The notes: generated from the letters alone by a model not told the origin. Shown: positions 19,383-31,492, counted from the stretch's first letter. The stretch is 55,574 bases of DNA from a virus (IMGVR_UViG_3300033148_008370:1-55574), one strand, 5' to 3'. A program made the numbers and translations.

Positions 19383-20186
19383 ATGTCAATTGCAAAAAAC
19401 TATCCAGTAATTACCAATGATGATGATGTTCATATTGGTGATGGGTATATGTTTCTTGGTGATGCTAATGCTGATTATGATGAGACTGCAATTTATAGTG
19501 TTGGGTGTATAAGGGGGACATCAACTTTTACACCAGTTATTGAGACTGCTCAGTTAAAGGCTGGATCACCAAGGGCATTAACAATTGTAGAACCACAAGA
19601 AGTTGGTTGCACTTTAAAAGTAACATTTGTTGAGCTGAATGCTATTAGACTCAGCAAGATATTTGGTATGGGCACAGTAACTGATAATGCCACTTCAACT
19701 CCAAGTGTTACAGATGAGCAGGTTTATCTGTATAATAACTATTTTATGCGTTTAATTGGTAGTAATATTTCAGATGCACCAGCTCCTACTGTAACTGATG
19801 GAGGTGCAACTCCTGTTAGTTATACTGAAGATGTTGATTATGAGATAGACTATGATAATGGTCTAATAAGACGCATTTCAACTGGTTCTATTACTGATGG
19901 GCAAAAGGTGTATGTTACTTATACTTATAGCAGGAAAGCATATAAGGAATTGAAGATGGGCGTTGAGACTTCAATTAATACATATCCTTTGCTTTATGTA
20001 GTTCCAATGAAAAACCAAGGGAGAATAAAAATCAAGATTTGGAAAGCTGTTCCTACTGAATTTGGTGAATTACCATTTCAGTCAGATGAATTCTCTCAGA
20101 TTGATGTAACTTTCTCAGCACTTGCTGATAGGACAAAATCACCAGACAATATGTTTTATAGTCTTGATTGGGAGTATTCTGCATAG
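19383..20186 (+). CDS. Major tail (tube) protein with inserted beta domain
   Basis: Strong SD; beta-rich; insertion EDVDYEIDYDNGLIRR...VTYTY; precedes chaperones and tape measure. Confidence 0.8.
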   Translation: MSIAKNYPVITNDDDVHIGDGYMFLGDANADYDETAIYSVGCIRGTSTFTPVIETAQLKAGSPRALTIVEPQEVGCTLKVTFVELNAIRLSKIFGMGTVTDNATSTPSVTDEQVYLYNNYFMRLIGSNISDAPAPTVTDGGATPVSYTEDVDYEIDYDNGLIRRISTGSITDGQKVYVTYTYSRKAYKELKMGVETSINTYPLLYVVPMKNQGRIKIKIWKAVPTEFGELPFQSDEFSQIDVTFSALADRTKSPDNMFYSLDWEYSA

Positions 20187-20248
20187 TTAAATGTTGAGGG
20201 GAGGGGTTTTCCCTTCCCTCTAAGAAAACTTAATGAGGAGGTATTAAG

Positions 20249-20830
20249 ATGAAGAAAGATGGCATTGAAGTTTATGAGCCTTTACATAAAAAGATATATT
20301 TGAAGGTTTATCCAGATAGGGTTACAGAAAAACCTAAGAAAAAGATTTCTTTTCTTGATAGAATCATGTTCTGGAAGAAGAAAGATGAGAATGAATCTAA
20401 TGGAAGAATAATTGAGATAACTCTTTCAGAAGTTCCAGCAATAAGAATTTTCAGATACTTAAAACTTATTATGGATTCTTCAAATGACTTGAGAGATGAA
20501 ATAATGAGAGAGGGTTATTCAGAGGAGACAGAAATTATTGATGAAGATGGAAAGAAGTTTAAGACATTAGGTGTTGATGAACTTCTCGTCTCAGCTATAG
20601 TGAGATCACTGAATGATGTATCTAATCCTGACAGAGTTGTTAGATTTATTCTTGAAGGTGCTAAGGTAGATAATGAGGATTTAGTTCCACTTCTGTCAGA
20701 GTCTCAGAGAGTTAAGATAATAAGGGCTTTTGAGGAAGTTAATCCAATAATATCTTCATCTCAAAAAAAAATATCAGAAATGGTGAAGAGGATTTCAGAA
20801 GAAGAGACAAGAGGACAAGTAAACAGATAA
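20249..20830 (+). CDS. Tail assembly chaperone (gpG-like)
   Basis: Position; contains slippery A9 run. Confidence 0.75.
   Translation: MKKDGIEVYEPLHKKIYLKVYPDRVTEKPKKKISFLDRIMFWKKKDENESNGRIIEITLSEVPAIRIFRYLKLIMDSSNDLRDEIMREGYSEETEIIDEDGKKFKTLGVDELLVSAIVRSLNDVSNPDRVVRFILEGAKVDNEDLVPLLSESQRVKIIRAFEEVNPIISSSQKKISEMVKRISEEETRGQVNR
20763..20771 (+). promoter_or_regulatory. Programmed -1 frameshift site giving gpGT-like fusion ending at 21090
   Basis: A9 run; the -1 frame is open from 20761 into ORF 20839..21090. Confidence 0.75.
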
Positions 20831-20838
20831 TTTATGAC

Positions 20839-21090
20839 ATGGCTGAAGAGCTTGGCTCTGTGTTCAACAAGGATCCTTATGATGATATTCTATGTAAATG
20901 GAGTATGAGGAGGATTCTTGAGTCATATTCTTCTGTAATTGAGAGAATTGAGAGAGATAGGGCTTTCTTATGTGCCATTAATGGTATTGATTATGGCAAG
21001 AGTAGTAGGAAGAAAGAAAAGAGAGATGGTCCAGACATAGCAAAGCTGAGAATGCTGAGAGCAATGGGAGCGAAAGGAATAAAGATTTGA
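20839..21090 (+). CDS. Tail assembly chaperone gpT part
   Basis: In -1 frame relative to 20249 ORF; no clear SD of its own. Confidence 0.7.
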   Translation: MAEELGSVFNKDPYDDILCKWSMRRILESYSSVIERIERDRAFLCAINGIDYGKSSRKKEKRDGPDIAKLRMLRAMGAKGIKI

Positions 21091-21116
21091 TATTTTTGTT
21101 GAGAGGACATGATGTG

Positions 21117-21395
21117 ATGTTTAAATTTGAATCAATACCTTGTGTGGTTGATAAAATGGATCAGTCTTTTGTTATAGTTACTTTTATGGATTCTAAGAAA
21201 CATAGAAAGACTATGAAGTTTCCCAAAGAAAAAATGGGCGTGAAGCAACTACGAGTGAATAAGCAATTATTGTTCAATGTGTTATATACTGATAATAAAG
21301 TGAGATGTTGGTTTGAAGAACAAAATGATACATTTTATGTTTCTCCTGAAGAATGGGAAAAAGGAGTTCAACAAATTTTGGAAGATTTGCGTTGA
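21117..21395 (+). CDS. Hypothetical protein
   Basis: ORF between chaperone and tape measure genes. Confidence 0.55.
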   Translation: MFKFESIPCVVDKMDQSFVIVTFMDSKKHRKTMKFPKEKMGVKQLRVNKQLLFNVLYTDNKVRCWFEEQNDTFYVSPEEWEKGVQQILEDLR

Positions 21396-21426
21396 TTGAT
21401 AATATACATTGAAAGGAGGTGAAAGA

Positions 21427-24400
21427 ATGGCTGATGAGTCAATGAGAATTAAAATTAATGTGCAAAGTGATACAAGTGGAATAAAGGAACTTGCAGATAA
21501 GCTTAAGTGGTTAAAAAATAATGTAAAAGGTTATGAGGAAAGGATTTCAGGACTGAATAATCTCCAAGATGTACTTATTAGAGATATGAAGAAAGCAGAA
21601 AATGAATATGAGTCGTTGAAGAAAGCTACTGAGGGGAGAATTCATGCTCTGCAGTCAGAATCAGCAGTTGTATCTGATAATATTGCTAAGAATAAAAAAG
21701 TTCTGAAGCAGATTGAAAATGAAATTAAAAGTAGTGAAATGCTTATTTTTGCTACAAAGAGAACAATCGAGAGGAGAAGGGAGGAAGGACAAGTTGTAGA
21801 TAAAGAATTAGCTGATCTTAAGAATTTTATTGCACAGAAGAAAAAGGAGACGCTGGCAAGATCAGAAGTAGTCAGGAAGATTATGGAGGAAGAGATATCA
21901 CATAAGAAAATCAGAGATAGGATAGCTAAAGAAAGAAAATCACTTCAAGTGCTTATAGAAGCTCAGAAAAGGGAGAATAATGAAAGGACTAAGTCTATTA
22001 ACGCTGTTAAGAGAGAGACTGCTGTTGCAAAAAAGTATCTTGCTGAAACAAAGAAACAGATATCTACTATTACTAAGCGTATAAATGCTCAACCTATTAA
22101 TGTGATATCAAATTCAGTTAAAAGGTTGGGCAATGTGATAGCAAGAGCAGGTGAGAAGATAGATCAGTTTGCAAATAGTTCAAGTGATTCTTTAACTAAA
22201 ATTACTGGTTCTTATGAGAATTTTAATAGAATTCGTTATTCTCTTTTGGCACTTAATGCTTCTGTTATTATGGCTGGAAGAAATTTTGTTAAGACAGCAT
22301 CTGATTTTGAACAATATAGAATTAAGCTTCAAGCAGTTACAAAGTCTCAAGAGAGATCAATACAAATAGTTCATGCAGGTGTTCAGCTTAGGGTTTATGA
22401 TCAGCAAATAGAGAAGACTTTACCATTAGCAGCTGCACTTGCTTCAGCCATGAATAGAGATGTATCTGAAGCTGCCAGAGCTATGGGAAGAGCAATAAAG
22501 GGTTCTACTTTTGGTTATAGACAATTGAGGGAGACATTTGGTATTACAACTTTTGAATTGGAGAAGTTTGGTGCTATAGTTAATAAGGGAAAGTTAGTTC
22601 TCAGAGAACATGTAGATGGAATTGAAAAAGCTGCAGAAGCACTCAAGAAGTTAGTGAAATTTAAATATGGTTATATTCTTGAACTTCAAGCAGAAACAGC
22701 AAAGGTTGCAATGGCTAATTTAAGAGATGCTTTTGTGAACATGAGTGCTGAGATTGGTGATTATTTTCTTCCTTCTGTCAAAGGTGTTGCAAAAGATTTA
22801 AAGGCATTAATAGGTCTTGTAAGAAAAAATAAGGGTGTTTTTGCTGGTTTATTTGCAGTTGGAACAGGTGCTGTTGGTGGAATTAGTGCAATTACTGGCT
22901 TCTCCAAGCTAAAGAAGCATTATCAACTATGGGGGAAACTTGTGAGACTTTGTCTAAAGGGATGGGTATAGCCGCCAGAGGTGCTTCATCCTTTCTTGTA
23001 TCACTTGGAGCTGCAATGCCTTACATTGTAGCTATATCTGCATTTTATTTAGCTGTAAAGCATCATACACAGAAAGTAATTGATAAGAACTTAGAAATTC
23101 AGTTTCAGCTTGCTGAAGAGAATAGGATAATGATAGAGGGTAAAAATGTTCTTGAAGAAATTGAAGAGATTAGGAGGAAGGGTATAGAAGCAGGCAAAGA
23201 ACAAATTGAAATTGAGAGAGAGATACTTGCATTAGGTGAAGAAAAATTGAAATCAGCTGAGGAGTCCCTTAAAATAAGGATAAAGAATATGAAACTGGCT
23301 GTTTTAGGTGTTAAGGAGAGGAAGGTAACATTTTGGGGGGAGAAACAGGAGAAATCTGAATATGAAAAGATTTTTGATATTATAAAATCCCGCTATAGTA
23401 AGTTTGTAGAAGATGAAGAAAAGATTAAACTGAAAGCTCTTGAGATAAAACCACCTGAAGAAGTTAGAAGAGAAGATTTGGAATATATTAAAGGTGTTTT
23501 TGAAAATATTCGGTTTCGTAAATGGCAGAAAAACATCTTAAAAACTGGTAAGTTGTGGGGAGGTGATGTTACTGAAGAAGCTTTGTATAGAATAATTGCT
23601 TATGATATTAGTGATCTTGACAAAATGATAGAAAGATATTCAACAATAGAAAAGCTTCAGGAGGATGCAGATGAAAAAAATGAGAAATTGCTTCTTATAA
23701 AACAGTCAGAAGCCATTCTTCAAGAGAAGATTAATAGACTTAAAGAGAAGGGATATATAATAGATGAAGATACTTTCAAGTTCTACAAGAAGAAATATGA
23801 AGCTGGTATTATATCTAAACCATTTACTTTTGCAGAGAAGCTCATGGCAAAGGATGTGAAAGTTCCAGAATCAGCTTTAAAGATGAGGGAGGAGATTCTT
23901 TCAGAAGCTAATATAACTGAAGAAGCTTATAAGAAGATGGGGAGAAAAGAAAAGGAGTATTGGGATTTATATGTTTATAAGGAGATATATTCAGGATATA
24001 TAAAATTTTTAAGAATACTTTCTGAAGGAGTTGGGAAGGAATCTAAGAAAGCTCGTAAAATACTTCTTGGTGCTATGAAGGATTATAAAAAGATTGTTGA
24101 TAGATGGATAAGAGCTGGTGAATCACTTGACAAACTGAACATAAAGAAACTTAGAGATGAAATGAATAAAAAGATTGCTATAGTCAAGGCAAAAGCTGAT
24201 TATGGATTTCCAACAGAGTTGGATGAAAAGGGAGAAAAGGGGAAAACATCTGAGCAAATTGCACTTGAACAAAAGAAGAAGAGATTAGAGATAGCAAGAT
24301 TAGAATATACTGAGCTTTATAAGATTCATAGTAAACTGATTAAAAGAAAGAAGAAGCTTGAAGATGACATGTTGAAATACCAAAAAAAGATAGTTGATGA

Positions 24401-26081
24401 AGAAATCAAGCTTAGAAAGAAAAGGGGGGAGATGATTAGTCTTTCTGAGGAGAAGAAACATTATGAGGAGAAAGTTATGATAACAAGAGGGAACATCATT
24501 AAATGGACCAGGTGGTTGGATAAAGCAAAGGAAGACTATGATAAACTGGTAGAAGCAGGTATGTCAAAAGAGAAAGCAAAAGAAGAGTCAAGGTTGGGAA
24601 GATATGAACTTGATATTAAAGATCTGAAAAAAGAGCTGATAGATTATAATGAGAAACTTGATGAAACTAATAAAAAGATAGACAAAATAACATCTGGAAT
24701 GAGGAAATATAAAAACGCAATTACTAAAGCGAGAAAGGAAAGTGAGCGTATAAATAAGGAATTGTCTAAAATGGAGCTTAAGGAGCTTCCTCGTTCATAT
24801 AAAGTGTATAAACAGTATCTGGCTGATTGGAGAAAATCAGGATTAAAAATTAAGGAGGATAGAAAGAAAGAAGAGAGAAAAGCAGAGAAAGAGAGGATGA
24901 GGAGGGATCTTGATAGAAAGAAAGCTGATCTCAATGAGTTCCTGATAGAACAAGAGAAGAGATATCAGAAAGCAATAGAGAACAGAGGTGATACAGCTTG
25001 GAAGCAGATTAATAGGGAATTACAGGCTTCACAGGAGTATTTAGAAGCAATAAAAGCAAGAAAACAAGCACTTGAAATAGAATTTATGGGAAAAGAGAGA
25101 CTCAAATCACTTGAAGAGGAAATCTATCGGCTTAAGAATAGTAATAAGAAGGTTGATGAAGATAAAATAGCAAGATTAGAGAATGAATATTATGAGCAAA
25201 AGAGATTGGGTGATTTAGTTCAGAAATTAGCAAAGAAGGAGATTTCTTTACATAAGAAGGTAATTGATGCTTTGAAGAGAAAGAGGGATACTTTTGTAAG
25301 TTCAATGGAACAAGTATGGGATGACATATATGCACTGACACATACTCAGGAAGAAATTGAGTTAAGGGAAATTACAAAGAAGTATAATAAGCTTAAGGAG
25401 ATGGCTGAGGATAATGCTAAGGAGTTATTGGATATTGATAAATGGTATTATCTTCAGAAGAAGAAAATAAGAGATAAAGACAAAGCTGAAAGTGTGGAAG
25501 CAAGGAAGGGAGAATTCACATCAGGTGGAATGAGATTCATAGGTGGGAAACCTTTTCCTATAATGTCTCTTGAACAAGCAATGATTGATAAGAGTAGCTT
25601 TGCTTATGAAATTGCAAAATTTAGAGAACAAATGGAGAAACCAATAGGTGGAAGTAAGAAATTATGGTGGTTAGAAAGGGAAACACCTTCTCGTTTTCAG
25701 ACAAGTATAGATGCAGAGATTCAGAAATCTTTAGAAGAACAGAAAAGGAAGAAGAAAGAACTTGTCAATCAGATGAACGCAGAAATAAAGAATATGAGTG
25801 TCAATTCTAAGACTGTTACAATAAAAGCAAGTAGTGTGGAAGTGAATGGTAAGGAGAAGAGTGGTAGAGTCAGGATGAAGAAGGAGAGTAATACAAGTCC
25901 AAAGTCTTCACAACCAGTGAGTAATTCTTCTCAGTTTTCTCAACCAGCTAATAACTCTTCTCAGTTAGAGAAGAATTCTTATACACCAAATCAGATTCCC
26001 ACAATTGCTTCAAAGGACATTCCTACTATTGGCTCTGTTAGTATGACAGATTGGCATGATTTTAGTGGGTTTTTGTATTGA
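21427..26081 (+). CDS. Tape measure protein (split by a -1 frameshift near 22890)
   Basis: SD AAAGGAGGTG; long coiled coil and Ala/Gly-rich hydrophobic segment; adding one T (GCA ATT TAC TGG) joins the two track ORFs. Confidence 0.85.
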
Positions 26082-26094
26082 GAGGTGATCACAA

Positions 26095-26520
26095 TTGGCT
26101 TCAGACAATTCTGCTTCAGATGAGTATTTTGCTACATTGTCAAACACAAACAAATGTTACATGGACATTGATAATGTTTCATTTGATGTCATAGGGATAA
26201 AATCTGATTATGATGTAATTGAGAGAACTTTGCCCAATTATTCTGATGGATCATATAAAGCAGGTAAAGTCATTCAAATAAAGTTGGGGTTATATGAGGA
26301 TATAAAGGAATTGTATTATGAGAGAGTTCTTGATGATACTCTGGCTGATATGAAGACTTTTAGGGATAATTCTCTTGAGACAGATTTCTTATATTCCCCT
26401 GACGATGGTGTAACTAAGTATAGGGTGAACTTTACTGGTAGAGATTCTATGATCATTGAGCAACCAGAGAAGACAACAAAAACAATGAAATTGAGACTGA
26501 TTTTTAAGGGAACTTTATAA
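26095..26520 (+). CDS. Distal tail (Dit-like) protein
   Basis: Directly after tape measure; SD GAGGTG with TTG start; beta-rich. Confidence 0.55.
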   Translation: MASDNSASDEYFATLSNTNKCYMDIDNVSFDVIGIKSDYDVIERTLPNYSDGSYKAGKVIQIKLGLYEDIKELYYERVLDDTLADMKTFRDNSLETDFLYSPDDGVTKYRVNFTGRDSMIIEQPEKTTKTMKLRLIFKGTL

Positions 26521-26533
26521 AGAAGGTGATAAA

Positions 26534-26647
26534 ATGGCAAAAGGAAAGCCAAAGAAAGATGGTTCAGGTGGAGGAATGAGGAAAAATAAGGGAAGAGGAG
26601 GATGTCCCAGTTCTAAACACCCAAAAGTTGGAAGGGGTAGGAGATAA
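26534..26647 (+). CDS. 37-aa Gly/Lys/Arg-rich peptide (not in ORF track)
   Basis: SD AAGGTG; MAKGKPKKDGSGGGMRKNKGRGGCPSSKHPKVGRGRR*; TAATG coupling to next gene. Confidence 0.7.
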   Translation: MAKGKPKKDGSGGGMRKNKGRGGCPSSKHPKVGRGRR

Positions 26648-27465
26648 TGGCTGTAGAAGCAAGTGACATAAAACTGTTTAAAAGTGTAAATCATCCCACT
26701 GATGATACCACTGTTTCGGGTGGTGCAATATCAGCCACTCAGATAATAGGTGCTTCAATAGGAGAGATTTTTCCTCTTATGGAAATAGATCCTGTTTCAT
26801 CAACAACATGGTATTATAAGATTTTTGTGAAGAATGATCATGCAACTGATACATTTTACAATGTAAGATTTTATATGGTTAATGCTCTTATTCAGCCTGT
26901 TGCTACAGGGACTGTTGCCATTACTCCAAGTTCTTCAGATGAAACAGGGAGATATGTAAGGATAATTGGTTATGTAGGTTCATCATGGACTTATGAAGAT
27001 GTTACCCTTAATGGGACAAACACTGTTTATTCTACACAGAATTTTCAGTATGTGAAGAGAGTGGAATTAAGAAATTCTACAAATAATCTTCTTGTTGATT
27101 GTTATGATGATATTATTATAGTGAGAGGGATAACTCTTGGTAAGATATTTTATGATACTCAAAATTCCAGAGGAACAAATGGTGCATGGGGTGAGATATC
27201 AATGTCTCTTGCCCCTACAGTAGATGATTCAGGAGACACTACAAATAGACTTACATGCCCTGATGATGGACTTGCAACTCCTACACCTTTGACTTTTTCA
27301 GTTCCAAATACTCTTGCAACAGCGTTAACATGTGTATCAGTTGATACTAATTTAGATGCACAAGAAGCACAAGGTATATGGTTAAAGTGGGAAACACCTG
27401 GAGGAATATATGGTGGAGAAGACATCCCTTTAGTGATTGTTGCGTATGGAGCAAATTCTGCTTGA
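26647..27465 (+). CDS. Tail/baseplate structural protein
   Basis: Thr/Ser-rich beta protein in tail module. Confidence 0.6.
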   Translation: MAVEASDIKLFKSVNHPTDDTTVSGGAISATQIIGASIGEIFPLMEIDPVSSTTWYYKIFVKNDHATDTFYNVRFYMVNALIQPVATGTVAITPSSSDETGRYVRIIGYVGSSWTYEDVTLNGTNTVYSTQNFQYVKRVELRNSTNNLLVDCYDDIIIVRGITLGKIFYDTQNSRGTNGAWGEISMSLAPTVDDSGDTTNRLTCPDDGLATPTPLTFSVPNTLATALTCVSVDTNLDAQEAQGIWLKWETPGGIYGGEDIPLVIVAYGANSA

Positions 27466-27481
27466 TTTTGGAGTATGTTTT

Positions 27482-29118
27482 ATGGCTATTGTTTATCAGA
27501 ATTTATTGAGTAGGTCAGAATCAGTTGAGGGTATTATGGTTCCTCTTCTGAGTAGAGCTACACATAAAGTTGTATTTCAGAATTTCCTGAGCAGGGCAGA
27601 ATCACAGAGTCTTGTATTTGCTAATCTGTTGAGCAGGGCAAGGTCATATGAGAAGGATGTTCTTGAAAATCTTTTGATGTCAGAGAGTTGATTATAGTGG
27701 CTGAAGACACCAAACTTTTGTCATATGGATTTAAATTTCAGATTGGTGAGACACCATCTACTTACATTGACCTCTCTGATTATTTCGTTTCAGCGAAAAT
27801 AGACTATAAAATCAATTCACACTGTTCTTGGAATATAGTTTTACAAGATGATGAGAATTTAACTTTATCTCCATCAAAGACACTTGGGAAGAAGCTATTA
27901 CCAGATGTATATGATACTGATAAATGGAGTTTAAAGAGATGGTTTGAGATAAAAGTCAGGCATGGTTCAAAGTGGAAGAAGACAAGCAAGCTTATCCCTC
28001 ATGGGTATAATTATAATGAGAAGACTGGTCAGATAAGGATTTCTGGTTATGACAAGAGCAGGAATCTTTATATTAAGGGTCAGAATATGGACCCATGGGA
28101 AAATGAGAAAGCAAGTGTTATAATAAAGGAGATTCTTGAGAATTTCAAGATAGAGCAATACAATATAAATCTTGCAAAGGATTGGTATATAAGAAGTTTT
28201 GATTTTGCCAATTCTTCAGCAATAGACAAGCTTAGAGAAATATTCTTTGTTGGAATGGCTACTTGGTTTTACTATGATGATACTTTTTATGTTGTCCCTG
28301 ATAATGATAAGGACATGCCTGATTGGGAATATGAAAACAGAAAAAATATATATGAGCTCACCTATGATAAATCTCTTGGTGAGTATTATAATAGGGTTAA
28401 AGTTGGAAGAACTATGAAGGGGACTAATGTCTGTGAGTATGAGGGAACTCAAGTTGGTTTTCATTTAGAAAGTCTTTGTGCCAAGTTAAATAATCCAAGA
28501 CCATATGTTGTAGATGTTAAGTCAGGGACTATAGAGCAGATGACATTTCTGGATGATGATGGTGGTTATTCTCCATGGGGTTGGGATCCATCAGTAACAC
28601 CTCCTCCTCAGCAAGGGTGGCATTTAGGGCTTTCTGGACCAGCTACTCAATTTTCTTTTATATATAAACAGAAAAATGGTCTTGAGCCAACTGATTTATT
28701 ATATTATAAGATAAGGGTAAAGGGTATTAATCCAGATAATATTGGACCATATGGTGTTTATGAAACTTTTCATCATACAGAAGATGATGAAGATGGTCAG
28801 AAGGAATATGGTATATGGGAATATTCATCAGTTGTAGATAATCCTTTAATTCCATATCCAAATTGGGCTGAGACTCTTGCAAAATGGATTTTGAGAAAGA
28901 GTAGGAGAAATGTTAATAGAGTTACTTTAAGAGTCCCTTTAAACATGTTCTTGAGACCTACTGATACAATAAAGATTGAAACATATAGGACAGGTCTTTC
29001 TGATTTATTTCACTTAGAAGCATTTAGTCATACATTGTCAGCAAGTAGGATTGATACAGCTATTACATCATGTGCTCAGTATAAGGACAGTCATGTTGAA
29101 CTGCCTGTGAAAGGTTGA
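27482..29118 (+). CDS. Baseplate hub/Tal-like protein with N-terminal repeats (frameshift near 27688)
   Basis: RISGYDKSR, YYNRVKV, LRPTDTIKI hub-like motifs; one extra T at AGT-TG joins the two ORFs. Confidence 0.65.
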
Positions 29119-29145
29119 TGTTTCTTGGGAAAGGAGTATATTTAG

Positions 29146-29382
29146 ATGAAGGAATACATCAGAGATTTTTTGGGTTATAATTCAGCTTTCACTCAAGGTA
29201 ATTGTAATGGGGGAGGTAATTATAAGAGTGATATTATTTTAAATGATTCAGGGATTCTGAAAGATGTTTATGGAGTTGGAAATGTAAAGGAATATGAGGA
29301 TAATGATACTGTAGTTATTGGGCAATTTGCTGGGAATAAGTTCATTCTTGGGAGAAGCCCATATATAAGCAGAAAGTCTTAG
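29146..29382 (+). CDS. Small spike-base/OB-fold-like protein
   Basis: SD AAGGAG; DTVVIG...FILG resembles N-terminus of 32961 ORF. Confidence 0.5.
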   Translation: MKEYIRDFLGYNSAFTQGNCNGGGNYKSDIILNDSGILKDVYGVGNVKEYEDNDTVVIGQFAGNKFILGRSPYISRKS

Positions 29383-29386
29383 TTTT

Positions 29387-29704
29387 ATGAGTAAGAAAAG
29401 AAAAAGGAAAAAGAGAAAGAAGCAGAAAGGATGGAGTAAAAGGAGATGGGATAAGAGATTTGGACATATGGTTGAAGGGTATGAGGGTTCCAGCTACACC
29501 AATATTCCTTTACCCAGAATTGGAGATATTCTTATAAAGAAGGATGACGTGAGCAGGTGGTTAGTTGTGAAACCTCTTGATGATTTAAATGTTAGGATTA
29601 TTAATACAGATGGAGAAGTCAAGATGTTTTTAGGAGCAGGTGTAAATTTCCATTTTAGGAGAGAAAGGGTGAAAAATCATGGCAATCAAGGTCAGACTGA
29701 CTGA
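29387..29704 (+). CDS. Hypothetical protein with very basic N-terminus
   Basis: ORF fills gap; MSKKRKRKKRKK. Confidence 0.55.
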   Translation: MSKKRKRKKRKKQKGWSKRRWDKRFGHMVEGYEGSSYTNIPLPRIGDILIKKDDVSRWLVVKPLDDLNVRIINTDGEVKMFLGAGVNFHFRRERVKNHGNQGQTD

Positions 29705-30076
29705 TACTGAGTCAGGTCATTTTATTGATGCACTTACAGGTATTTCATTAGACAATGAAAATACATAAAAGGAATTTCAGATGGAATTTTGGAACTTATT
29801 TCTGGTTATCTTGGACCAGTTTTCTTTGAAGGAACTGTGGGTGCTGATATTGATTATGATTTCCTTGCTCAGGCTGATAGGGAAGTAAGTGAAATATGTA
29901 TTAAATGTGATGGTCCAGGGGACATTGAAATAATATTTGATGGGAATATCACTGATTTAGGTGCAATTGTGAAAACTGGTGAGTCTTTTTCTTATATTTT
30001 TGATTATCCAGTGAGCACAGCTAAAGTTGTATTAGACTCTGGAGTTAGTGCTGATTTCAGAATGGTGGTGAAATAA
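29679..30076 (+). CDS. Hypothetical structural protein (frameshift near 29760)
   Basis: ATG 29679 with SD AGGGTG reads MAIKVRLTD...DNE; one extra A joins it to ORF 29789..30076. Confidence 0.55.
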
Positions 30077-30078
30077 GG

Positions 30079-30795
30079 ATGAGTTGTTCTGTGAATGGCT
30101 GGTCATCAAGTTCTGGTTCTGGTCAAGCAAAGTGGGGAGAAATAACAGGGACTCTTACTGATCAGACTGATCTCAAGAATAGTCTTGATAGTAAGTTATC
30201 TGATACTGATGATTCAGTTAAGGATAATAATATTGATTGGGGTTCTGCAGTTGGTCAAGTTGATGCTGATGATATACCTGATGGATCAACAAATATAATT
30301 CCAACTAAGACTCAAGAGACTAATTGGGATAATCATATTAATACAGATCATGATTATTCATATATATCAAGTAATGATGCTAATACAGATATCACTGGAG
30401 TAGAGTTGGAGACTTTGAGTGATGGTTCAAATGCTGATTCATTACATACACATTCTCCTGATATTGCAACTTCTGTTATAACATCAGATTTATCACCTTT
30501 AGTAGTGATGACAAGATATATTGTGAATAAAACATCTGGAGGAACTTGCTTGATGGTTCTTCCTGCTTCATTTTCTGTAGGTGATAGGGTACTGATAGTA
30601 GGGAAGGGTTCTCAGGGATGGAAAGTAACATCTGCTACAGGGGATACAATTGTATATGGGAATCTTACAACAGTATCAGGAGGATATATTGCTTCTACTC
30701 ATTGTAAGGATTGTGTAGAATTGGTATGCACAGAGGACAGTGCTGAGTGGCAAATAACTAATTCTGTTGGTAATATTGAGGTTGAGACTTCATAA
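30079..30795 (+). CDS. Tail fibre/baseplate-associated protein
   Basis: WGEITGTLTDQTDL and LPASFSVGD motifs typical of fibre proteins. Confidence 0.65.
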   Translation: MSCSVNGWSSSSGSGQAKWGEITGTLTDQTDLKNSLDSKLSDTDDSVKDNNIDWGSAVGQVDADDIPDGSTNIIPTKTQETNWDNHINTDHDYSYISSNDANTDITGVELETLSDGSNADSLHTHSPDIATSVITSDLSPLVVMTRYIVNKTSGGTCLMVLPASFSVGDRVLIVGKGSQGWKVTSATGDTIVYGNLTTVSGGYIASTHCKDCVELVCTEDSAEWQITNSVGNIEVETS

Positions 30796-30808
30796 GTTAT
30801 AAGGAGGT

Positions 30809-31492
30809 TTGGTGATGATTCAGAATTCAGGAGGAATTCCAAATAATTTCTCAGCTACATCAGCACCTACTGTTAATGATGATGTAGATGATGGTTATCT
30901 TGTAGGTTCTCATTGGTATGATACTACTAATGATAAGATATACACATGTATAGATAATTCATCTGGTTCTGCTATTTGGAAGAGTTTGGGTCTTGGTGAT
31001 ACAGGTCTTGAACTTATTGATTCTTATACTGTTACAGGGTCAGCTGTGTCAGAGATTGCATTTAGTGGTATATCAGGTAATGATTATTCAGAGATGATTT
31101 TACTTGTATGGTTATATAATCCTGATTCAAGTGCAAGGACATATTCGCTTATATTTCAAGATGATTATTCTGTTTCACATTACTATGAAATGTATTACTA
31201 TCATGTTTATGGTAATAATCCTACTTATGGTTCAGCTAATAGTGCTGATTTTCAACAATTAGAAGCAGGAGAATATGGGTTTGTTGTATTCTATGGGATT
31301 AGTAGGAGTGCAGATAATAGAATAAGATATTTCAAGGATGGACTTAGAAATTATGGAAGTAATATGGTTAGAGAGGGAGGGACAAGAACTTATACAGAGA
31401 CGGTAACAGAGATTACTGATATTACTATTTATCAAAGTGGTAATTACATTGGTGTAGGAAGCAAAGTTTTGCTGTATGGGAGAAAGGTGTGA
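30809..31492 (+). CDS. Short tail fibre/receptor-binding protein A
   Basis: PTVNDD..GYLVGSHWYD anchor plus beta-sandwich head ending VLLYG. Confidence 0.65.
   Translation: MVMIQNSGGIPNNFSATSAPTVNDDVDDGYLVGSHWYDTTNDKIYTCIDNSSGSAIWKSLGLGDTGLELIDSYTVTGSAVSEIAFSGISGNDYSEMILLVWLYNPDSSARTYSLIFQDDYSVSHYYEMYYYHVYGNNPTYGSANSADFQQLEAGEYGFVVFYGISRSADNRIRYFKDGLRNYGSNMVREGGTRTYTETVTEITDITIYQSGNYIGVGSKVLLYGRKV

Noticed and set aside
22340-22380. Possible in-frame deletion in tape measure (QERSIQIVHAG)
   Set aside because: Looks short versus similar domains I recall, but cannot be supported without an alignment
25905-25966. ~30-bp tandem repeat in tape measure tail (SQPxxNSSQ)
   Set aside because: Two copies of low-complexity coding sequence; unremarkable
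358-27691. TGA stop-codon reassignment explaining short ORFs
   Set aside because: Reading through TGA at 358-360 or 27689-27691 hits TAG two codons later; ORFs tile well in code 11
358-29770. Frameshifts near 360, 22890, 27688 and 29760 as programmed recoding or prophage decay
   Set aside because: Each can be repaired by a one-base change in a short homopolymer and lacks a canonical slippery heptamer; most likely sequencing error. Needs read check.
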